Assembly (NCBI GenBank): GCA_046328525.1
Contig: JAXLWK010000005.1
Span: 138,947-202,946 of the forward strand
DNA length: 64,000 bases
Reading direction: 5' to 3'
DNA from: Anaerolineae bacterium
GTDB taxonomy: Bacteria > Chloroflexota > Anaerolineae > Epilineales > JAHCIE01
Below, piece after piece: positions 44,735 through 53,000 of this stretch; position 1 is the first letter of the stretch; the number at the start of each line of letters is the position of its first letter. A program made the position numbers and the translations under genes. A model generated the notes under the pieces. The model was not told where the DNA came from. It did no database searches and saw only the letters and a list, made by a program, of their open reading frames with translations.

Positions 44735-46011
44735 GCACACCCCAATTCTCCGATGCCTGGGTGCTGCTGGCGATCTTCATGATCGTCGGCGGCGCTATGT
44801 TCCGCCAGCCGTCCATGCTGGCCCTCGGCCTGCTGCTCCTGGTCATCGTCCCCGTCGCCTGGGCGTGGAACCGGCTCGTCCTGCGCGCCGTCCGCTACGA
44901 GCGCAAGCTGGGCGACAGCCGCGTCTTCGCCGGCGAGACGACCACCGTCAGCCTCGTGACCACGAACCAGAAGCCCCTTCCTGCGCCGTGGCTCACCGCA
45001 GAGGACACGTTCCCACGCGGCGTGAGCATCGCCGAGCGGCAGATGACCCAGGTCAAGGGCGGCGAGCTTCAGTCGCTTACCAACGTGCTGTCGCTGCGCT
45101 GGTACGAGCGCGTCGTGCGCCAATACACTCTTCACTGTCCCAAGCGCGGCTTCTACTTCATCGGCCCCGCCTATCTCACCGGCGGCGACCTGTTCGGGAT
45201 GTTCGAGAACCGCGCCAAACTCTCCCACCTGGACCGCATCATCGTCTACCCCGCCGTCGTCCCCCTGGCCGAGCTAGGCTTCGTCGGCAAGGACCCCTTC
45301 GGCGAGTCGCGCTCCCCGCTGCGCATCTTCGAGGACCCGCTGCGCACTATCGGCATCCGCGACTACCACCCGGAGGACTCGTTCCGCCACGTCCACTGGA
45401 AAGCCAGCGCGCGGCAGCAGCGCCTCCAGACCAGGGTCTATGAGCCGACCATCACGCAGCGCCTGGCGATCATGCTCAACATCGCCACATTCCCGCAACC
45501 CTGGTGGGGCATTGACCCGGAGGTCCAGGAGCACACCATCTCCGTCGCCGCCTCCATCGCGTACCACGCCACCCTGCACCGCCGCGCCGTCGGCCTCGTC
45601 GCCAACGGCGCCGTCCCCCGCTCCGACCAGCCCATCCGCGTCCTGCCGAGCCGCGACCCCGGCACGTTGACCCGCATCCTGGAGGCGCTGGCCGCCGTCT
45701 CGACCTTCGCCACTGAGCGCATCGAGACCCTGTTGGCGCGAGAGACCCCGCGCATGCCGTGGGGCGCGACCTTCGTCGTCGTCACGGCGATTGTCACGCC
45801 GGAGCTTGTCGCCGAGATCGTGCGCCTGACGCGGGCCGGCCGCCGCATCGTTCTCGTCTCCCTCGACCCGGACTACACGGAGACGGAGCTACCCGGCGTC
45901 ATCGTTCACCACCTGCCGCGCGCCCAGCTCGTCTATGGCGAGCGCCCGGCCGCCATAGACCCCGACGCCCTCTTCCGCCGCCCGTCTTCGCCGGAGGAGC
46001 CGCGAGAATGA
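44731..46011 (+). CDS. DUF58 domain protein (vWA-like, usually MoxR-associated)
   Basis: Two N-terminal TM helices and the core RDYHPEDSFRHVHWKASARQQRLQTRVYEP, which is diagnostic of DUF58. Confidence 0.8.
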   Translation: MSTPQFSDAWVLLAIFMIVGGAMFRQPSMLALGLLLLVIVPVAWAWNRLVLRAVRYERKLGDSRVFAGETTTVSLVTTNQKPLPAPWLTAEDTFPRGVSIAERQMTQVKGGELQSLTNVLSLRWYERVVRQYTLHCPKRGFYFIGPAYLTGGDLFGMFENRAKLSHLDRIIVYPAVVPLAELGFVGKDPFGESRSPLRIFEDPLRTIGIRDYHPEDSFRHVHWKASARQQRLQTRVYEPTITQRLAIMLNIATFPQPWWGIDPEVQEHTISVAASIAYHATLHRRAVGLVANGAVPRSDQPIRVLPSRDPGTLTRILEALAAVSTFATERIETLLARETPRMPWGATFVVVTAIVTPELVAEIVRLTRAGRRIVLVSLDPDYTETELPGVIVHHLPRAQLVYGERPAAIDPDALFRRPSSPEEPRE

Positions 46012-46069
46012 TTCGTCGGAACGGATTTGAAACGCAAAGGCGCAGAGACGCAAAGGAAGAAAAGACCGC

Positions 46070-47482
46070 ATGACGTCGCTGCGGGTGCGCCGCGAGCTGC
46101 TGCGCCTGGCGACGGCCACCTTTGGCGCGGCGTGGTACTACGCCGCGTGGAGCGTCGCCTTCGCCTACCTGGCGCGGCCGGTCGAGGGGCCGTCGTTCCT
46201 CGAGGTGTGGGCGCTGTCAGTGCTGGCGATGTACGTCGCGCGCTACCTCAACGTCGAGCGCGGCGACGCGGGCGCGATGGGCTGGCCGGTCGCCGTCGGC
46301 GCGCTAGTCTCCATCGTCCTCGCCTCGTGGCTGACCCCCGGCATCGGCGGTCCCGTCGCGCTGGTGCTTGGCCTGCGCGCGTTCAACGGCGCCGCCGTCC
46401 TGCTCACCCTCGGCCTGTTCATCCTCTGGTGGCGCGGCGTGGACGCGGTGCGCGACGGCTTCGGCATGGGCGTCACGAGTCTGCGCTTCCGCCTCGGCGT
46501 CGTCATCCTATTCTGGACGGTCATTTTCGCCGCGTTCATCCATTTCGACCTGATCGCCATCATCTTCGTCTTCTTCGCCACCGCCCTCGTCGCCATGGCC
46601 CTGGCGCGCGTTGAGGACGTGAGCCGCAGCCTGGGCGGCGTGGTCACGCCTTTCAACCGCACCTGGGCACTCATCCTCGCCGCCGCCGTCACCGCCGTCA
46701 TGCTCATCGGCGTCATCGCCGTCCTGGTCTTCACGCCGGACACGATTCGCACCATTCTCGGCTGGCTCGCCCCGCTGTGGCTCGTGCTCAGCTTCGTCTT
46801 CATCGCCATCATCGCCCTGGCGGCGCGCATCCTGGAGCCGCTTATCCTCTTCCTCATCGAGGCGCTGCGCCCCGTCGCCGAGCGCATGTTCCGCTTCACC
46901 CCGAACCAGCTCCAGGCCCCGCAGAACCAGGAGCCGGTGGTGTTAGAGCGCCTCGTCCCGCCCGTCATCCTCGACAGCGCCAAGTGGCTCGCCCTGATCG
47001 CCGCCGTCGTCTTCGCCCTGTGGCTGCTCACGCTGTGGGCGCGGCAGCGGCGGCAGACGGCAGGCGAGGGCGTGCCGGAGCTGCGCGAGTCGGTCTGGTC
47101 CGCTGAGGCGTTCGCCGACGATGCCCGCGGCCTGCTGGATCGGCTGCTCGGCCGCTTTCGCCGCCACCGCCCCGGCATCGCCACGGACTCCGTGCGCCAC
47201 ATCTACGCCAGCCTGCAGGTGCTGGCCGCTGACCGCGGCGCGCCTCGGCCGCCGGACGACACCCCCTACGAGTACCTGCCGCGGCTCCAGGGGCTGCTCC
47301 CGGACGCGGCGGCCGACCTCTCGCTCCTGACGGACGCCTATGTGGATGCCCACTACCACGAGATCGAGCCGACCGACGCCGAGCTGCGCCAGGCCCAGGG
47401 GGCGTGGCAGCGCGTCCGCCGCGCCGCCGCGAATGTTCCGACTCTCAAGGGCGATGGGGAGACGGCGGGCGGGGACGAGTAG
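46070..47482 (+). CDS. polytopic membrane protein with a C-terminal DUF4129-like domain
   Basis: About 8 TM helices, then ...RHIYASLQVLAADRGAPRPPDDTPYEYLPRL...AYVDAHYHE, as in the DUF4129 tails of transglutaminase-like membrane proteins. Confidence 0.65.
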   Translation: MTSLRVRRELLRLATATFGAAWYYAAWSVAFAYLARPVEGPSFLEVWALSVLAMYVARYLNVERGDAGAMGWPVAVGALVSIVLASWLTPGIGGPVALVLGLRAFNGAAVLLTLGLFILWWRGVDAVRDGFGMGVTSLRFRLGVVILFWTVIFAAFIHFDLIAIIFVFFATALVAMALARVEDVSRSLGGVVTPFNRTWALILAAAVTAVMLIGVIAVLVFTPDTIRTILGWLAPLWLVLSFVFIAIIALAARILEPLILFLIEALRPVAERMFRFTPNQLQAPQNQEPVVLERLVPPVILDSAKWLALIAAVVFALWLLTLWARQRRQTAGEGVPELRESVWSAEAFADDARGLLDRLLGRFRRHRPGIATDSVRHIYASLQVLAADRGAPRPPDDTPYEYLPRLQGLLPDAAADLSLLTDAYVDAHYHEIEPTDAELRQAQGAWQRVRRAAANVPTLKGDGETAGGDE

Positions 47483-47651
47483 CGCGCCGGATCATTCCCG
47501 CGACAACAAAGCGTCGCCGGCGACGGACATTGTTCGTCCGACGTTGGCGACGCTTATGTGTATGAAGCTTTGCTCGCTCTACAGGCGGTTTTCGTACAGG
47601 TCAGCAACGGGGAAGCACAGGCCGTAGTCATCCCAGATCACATCGCCCTGC

Positions 47652-48167
47652 TCAACCCGAAATCCCGCGAACTTCTGCGGGTCGAGATACGCGCGAAATA
47701 CTCTCAATCTGCTTGACGTGCGGGCGCTCGTGGCGCGCCAGCCACGCCGCGTAAGACTGCACAGTCCGAACGAGGGGTCCTCCCGCCCCTGTTACCGTCG
47801 CCGACCGTGACCAGTCTTCTGGCGCTAACGATTCCAGGACGGCCAACAACTCGGCGCGCTGCGTTGTGAAGGCCCGTAGGGAGGCCGCGAACTCCTGGTC
47901 GAGATAGTCGGTCTGCTCCAGCCAGGTCCTGGGGTCCACGGCCCGGATGGTCGGCCTGTCCTGGGCGAGAATTACCCCGATGCAGCCGCCCCAAACATCA
48001 GCGCACGACCGCAGATGGGCCAGCACCTCGTTGGCGGACCACTCGCCGGGACTGGGAGCGGCGCGCAATTGAGCCGGTGTCAGATCGGCGGTCAGCGAGG
48101 CAATGCGCGGCGGAGCTGCAGTCAGCATGGTGAGGATTTCCTCAACCGTGAGAGGTTTACTCGCCAC
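47652..48167 (-). CDS. DinB-family protein
   Basis: EWSANEVLAHLRSCADVW ... AAWLARHERPHVKQI (His triad pattern). GTG 48167 lies 6 nt after GGAGG and overlaps the upstream gene by 11 nt. Confidence 0.75.
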   Translation of the reverse strand: MASKPLTVEEILTMLTAAPPRIASLTADLTPAQLRAAPSPGEWSANEVLAHLRSCADVWGGCIGVILAQDRPTIRAVDPRTWLEQTDYLDQEFAASLRAFTTQRAELLAVLESLAPEDWSRSATVTGAGGPLVRTVQSYAAWLARHERPHVKQIESISRVSRPAEVRGISG

Positions 48168-49425
48168 GCGCCGCCTCCTGCGCTTCCAGGGAAACGGCGA
48201 CGCGTTGACGCAGCAGCGGCTCGCGGATCGCCCGCGCATCCACGCGCCGCGCGCCGAGGAACGTCACGAACCGGGCAAAGCCCCGCGCCAGCGCCTCCGC
48301 GAACGCCTCATCCTCGCCGAGCGCCTCGTCTTCCAGCCACAATCCCAGGATGACGAACGTGTTGGCGGCGCGGTCGAGCTTGCTATCGAAGCGCGCGACG
48401 AGCCGCTCGCCCCACAGGATCGGCAGCGTGTAGTAGCCGTACTTGCGCTGGTGCTCCGGCTTGTACACCTCCCACACGTAGTCGAAACCGAACAGGACTT
48501 TGGCGCGGCCCCGCGCGCTGACGGGATCGAGGGGAGCGAGGAAGACAGCCTCGTCCGTCGTGGTTGGCCCCAACGCGGCCCACGCCGGCGGCACTCGCCC
48601 GGTCGCCAGCTCGCGCAGCGTCGCGGCGTCGCTGCCGAGGGCATAGTGCGTCTGCTTCCAACCATCCACCTGCACCTCGACCAGGTCGCCGTCGGCTAGC
48701 ATAGTCTCGCGCAGCTTTTTCGCAGCGTGATCCGGGTCGCCGCGCCGATACGAATCACTCGTCCGGCTCAGCCGCGACAGCCCGGCGAAGCCGACTTCCT
48801 TCGTGATCAAGAAGCGGTCCACCTCGGTGTCGTCGCTCTCGCGGATGAGGTGCGGCGGCGCGACCGTCTCCGTCAGGGCATACACGCGCTCGAAGCGCTC
48901 GCGGTGGTGCGTCATGACTTCGCCGGTGAGCCAGAGATACCACAACGCCAGCGCGCTGTCCTTGCGGCCGCGATAGCTCTGCGTTCGGGTGCGCGTCGCC
49001 ATCTCGAAGTCGCGGTTGCTCACCACGCCGCGTTCCTGCAAAGTGGCCCGCATCTCGACGATGGCGTCGCCGTGGTCGCGGGCGATGGCATGCAGGCGGG
49101 CGTTGCTGTCGCGCTCGCGGCGCATGACGACGCGCCAGTGCGGCAGCTCGTCCATCGGGCGGACGGCCAGCCAGCCGCCCCAGTCGAAGAACCGGCGCTG
49201 TTGGTAGGTCACGTCCTCCCACAGGCCGGGCGCGTAGTCGAGCACGCGGCTGTGCAGCTTGATGTCCTGGCTGCGGGCGATGATTTGCAGCGGATCGAGC
49301 TGCAAGTACTCCATCGCGCGCATGGCCTGCTCCGTACCCTCGACGCCGCGCCAGCGCCGCCCGGGCCACAAGCCCTGTTTGCCGAGAATGAAACGGCGGG
49401 CCGTTTGGATGTCTATCGTCAGCAT
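48157..49425 (-). CDS. winged-helix DNA glycosylase-like protein (YcaQ/AlkZ family)
   Basis: ARRFILGKQGLWPGRRW, MEYLQLDPLQIIARSQD and YTLPILWGERLVARFDSKLDR. The start is ATG 49425 or GTG 49440. Confidence 0.75.
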   Translation of the reverse strand: MLTIDIQTARRFILGKQGLWPGRRWRGVEGTEQAMRAMEYLQLDPLQIIARSQDIKLHSRVLDYAPGLWEDVTYQQRRFFDWGGWLAVRPMDELPHWRVVMRRERDSNARLHAIARDHGDAIVEMRATLQERGVVSNRDFEMATRTRTQSYRGRKDSALALWYLWLTGEVMTHHRERFERVYALTETVAPPHLIRESDDTEVDRFLITKEVGFAGLSRLSRTSDSYRRGDPDHAAKKLRETMLADGDLVEVQVDGWKQTHYALGSDAATLRELATGRVPPAWAALGPTTTDEAVFLAPLDPVSARGRAKVLFGFDYVWEVYKPEHQRKYGYYTLPILWGERLVARFDSKLDRAANTFVILGLWLEDEALGEDEAFAEALARGFARFVTFLGARRVDARAIREPLLRQRVAVSLEAQEAARGE

Positions 49426-49450
49426 ATTGGTTTCTTGCACAAGGCTTCAC

Positions 49451-49942
49451 TCAAAGATCGAGGGAGGGCAGCCCGTTCATGCCGAGGATCAGCGAGACTT
49501 CCCCGCCATGATGCAGGTCGTGTTCCAGCACGTGGTAGATCACCCAGCTACGCGACAGCTCGTATGTCTGCCCCTCCCATTCATCGAGAAAGGTCATGGC
49601 GCAGTCGTCGGGCGTCCAGCGCTGCAAGCGGGCTTCGATGAACGCCCACGTCTCCTCCAGCCCGCGCGCCAGCTCGGCCGCGCTACGGTCCGGCGACTCA
49701 CGCTGGCCCCATAGCATATACGCCGTCATCGCTGCGTCCTCATCCAGGAGCGTGCCGCTGAACCACCCCGCCCTGACAGAGATGATGTGCTGCACAATCT
49801 GGCCGAGCGGCCACATGTGCGGGGCCGGTTGCAGGGCGAGCTGCTCACTCGTCAGCAGCGCGATGCTGTTGCGCAGCTTTTCCTGATAGCCCTGCCAGTT
49901 CTCATAGATCACGTCCAGTGTCGAGTGGGTTGGCTGCGGCAT
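49451..49942 (-). CDS. DinB-family protein
   Basis: GQIVQHIISVRAGWF ... VIYHVLEHDLHHGGEVSLIL. ATG 49942 follows AGGAGGAA. The upstream track extension is a translated repeat. Confidence 0.78.
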   Translation of the reverse strand: MPQPTHSTLDVIYENWQGYQEKLRNSIALLTSEQLALQPAPHMWPLGQIVQHIISVRAGWFSGTLLDEDAAMTAYMLWGQRESPDRSAAELARGLEETWAFIEARLQRWTPDDCAMTFLDEWEGQTYELSRSWVIYHVLEHDLHHGGEVSLILGMNGLPSLDL

Positions 49943-50018
49943 CTGTTCCTCCTGTGAACTTGGGATAGTAACGCAAAGGCGCAGAGGCATAAAGTATGCC
50001 ACAGATGAAACAAATGTG

Positions 50019-53000
50019 CTAGAGCGCCTCCACCCCCTGCACCTCCTCCACCGCCACCGGCCGCTTCGGGAGGAGGCGGCGGGCCAAACGGCGGTCCTCG
50101 GCCGTGACACCGCCCACGACTGCCAGCACAGCCAGGTAGGTCAGGCCGCCGGCCGCGAGCGCCAGCAGGAACGGCGCGCGGCCCCACAGCAACCCGGTCA
50201 CGGCGACCAGCGCCGCCGTCGCCACGACGGGCCGCCACGCGACGGTGAGCAAGTTCAGCGGCGCGACCGAGCGCCGCACCGCGATCATGAACGGCACCAT
50301 GAGCACCATCTCGGACAGCACGGTGATGACGGCGGCGGCGACGAAGCTGTAGCGCGGGATGAAAATCAGGTTGGCGACGACGTTGAACACGACGGCGATG
50401 ATGAAGCTGCGCGTAATCCACTTCGCCTCATCCACGGCCACCAGCACATACTGCGTGACGCCGTTGACGAAGCTGAACGGCAGGAACCAGATCATGATGC
50501 GCAGGGCAATCGCGCCGCAGGGCAGGTAGGCGGCGCCGCCGAGCAGCCCCACCAGGATGTCGGCCGAGAACGCCATCAGGGCGGCGGCGGGCAGGGCGAT
50601 CATGAGCAGCAGCCGCACCGCCAGGACGTAGGCCCGCGCCAGGGGTGTGTCGTGGCGCGGCCCGCCCGCCCCCTTCGGCGTCTCGCTGGCGTAGCGCGAC
50701 ATGAGTGGGAAGATCGCCAGGGTGAAGTAGGCCGGGATGATGAGCAGGGCGTCAATCCACTTGTACGCCGTCGAGTAGTAGCCGACGACGGCGTCCCCCT
50801 GGAGCGGCTGGAGCAGCGTCACGTCCACCTTGAAGAACAGCGTGTTCAGCAGGTGGTTAAGCATGAGCGGATAGGACAGCACGACGATGCCCCACGCCAC
50901 CGCCGGGGCAAAGCGGATGCTGGGGCGGAAGAAGAGCCGCGACGCCGCGCGCCACAGGATGCCCACCGTCACGATGTTGGAGACGATGGCGACGGCGGCG
51001 AGGCCGACGATGCCCCAGCCCAGCAGGAGGACGAGCGCCCCCAGGCTGACCTTGATGAGCGTGGTCAGGCTCGTTAGCCCGGCCGGGTACTCCATGCGCT
51101 CCTCGGCGTAGAACAGCGAGCTAAGCGCCCCAGCGATATTGCCCGGAATGAGGGCGATGACCAGCAGCCCGATGGTGAGCGCCGTTTCCGTCGTCAGGCC
51201 GAAGGCGTTGACCCAGATCACGCCCACCAGCAACAGAACGGGCACGGCGCTGCCGAGCAGCGCCAGGCGCAACCCGGTCGTCTGGGCCAGCGTCGTCTCC
51301 GCCTCGTCGCGGTGCTGGGCCACGTGGCGCGTCAGGTACAGGTTCAGGCCGAAGTTGCTCCAGATATCCAGGTAGCCGACGATGGCGATGGCAAAGTAGT
51401 ACGCGCCCGCCGAGGACGGCCCCAGGATGCGCAGCATCAGGGCGGCAAAGGCGAAGTCCACCGCCTTGTTGCTGAGGGTGGTCAGCATGGGCGCGAGGGA
51501 ATTGCGGCCCACGCGCCGCACCGTGTCCGTCTCGTGGCCGACACCGTAGACGCGCCGCCACGCTGCGAAGCCGAACAGGAACCCCAGGACGGCGAACGAC
51601 AGGAACGACAGGTACAGCCCCAGCTTGAACGACATCGGCGAGTACACCACGCGCAGCTGCCACGCGCCCGGCGGAATCGGGATGCCGCGGAAGATGCCGT
51701 CCACGCGCAGGATCGGCACGCTGGTCTCATTGCCCCTGTCGTCAGCCGGGGCCAGGTGCGCCTGCCACCCCCCAAAGTAGCTATCCGCCAGCACCAGCAG
51801 CCCGCCCTGCCCGACGCGGCTCACGTCCAGCTCCACCGTCGAGGGGGTGTAGCGGCGGATGGCGACGCGGTTCGCCGTCGCCGCGGGCGCTTTCGGCAGA
51901 TCGGCCGGCGGCGGCGGGAGGGCGTCCTCCTCCATCCCCGTCGGGTCCAGCACCACCACCTGGCGCGGGTCCACGCTCGACAGCATGCGGTACACGCCGC
52001 GCGCCTCGCCGGCCAGCGGGTAGCGGATGCCGCCAGGCGCGTCGCTGGCGAAAAAGGCGCGCGGCTTCGCGTCCTCGTTGCGGTAGATTTTCACCTCGCC
52101 ATCATACGCCAGCGTCCAGCCGGGCCGATCAATGATCTTGTTGGTGACGACGTAGCGCACGCCCAGCACGTCGAGCAGCGGCGAGTCGAGCGCCTCCGAC
52201 TTGCGCAGCGGCGCGACCTGGTTGAACAGCAGCAGGTCCTGGTCGCCGATCAGCCGCGAGAACTCCACGTAGTCGCGCAGGATGATCGAGTCGTAGCCGC
52301 GCGCGTCCTCGAGGCCGTAAAGCATCGGCAGGTTGGGCGCGAGGATGTTCTTGTCGCCCAGCACCGTGATGCGGAACGGGCCTTCCTGCGCCCGACGCTC
52401 CTGCAAGAATGCCACAGCCGGCGGCGTGAAGTCCGCCAGCTTCGGGTCCACCGCCGGGTTGAAGCCGTAGGACGCGACGAACAGGTCCGCCGCCAGCACC
52501 GCCAGCGCCGCGAGGCTCGGCCAGGGAATACCAGCGTGACGGGGTGACGAGGTGACGGGGTGAGGGACATCCCGCGCCAGCCACACCAGCGCCAGCCCCG
52601 TTAGCGTCAGGAACACGGCAAACAGCAGCAGGCTGCGCCCCTCGTAGGAGAGGAACGCCTGCCCGCTCCCGAACACCTCGCCCGCCTTCGCCAGGCGATC
52701 CACGGCCACCTCCGCCAGTGGCGCGAGGCGCGCGCGCGCGACGTAGCCGACGGCCAGCGCCAGCAGCCCAAGCGCGCCCAAGGCGGCCGCGGCCGCGCCC
52801 AGGCCCGTCGTCAGGCGGCGGCGACGCGGTATCGCGGCCCAGCCGAGCGCGGCCAGCATCGCCAGGCTGAACGTGTACGGGTAGACCCAGCGGAAGGGGG
52901 TGTGCAGCTGGCTGAAGCCGGGCAGGACGTAGAGCAGAGCGTAGGCCGGCGTCCCGAACATGAACAGCAGCGAGAGCAGCGCCAGCACGGCGAAGACCCA

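Noticed and set aside
51480-51580. The YfhO-flippase ORF as two separate genes mis-joined by the ORF caller
   Set aside because: I looked for a stop, an SD or a start at the junction. The frame is continuous and the flippase N-terminus follows the last YfhO helix within about 20 residues. It is kept as a fusion and flagged for sequence verification.
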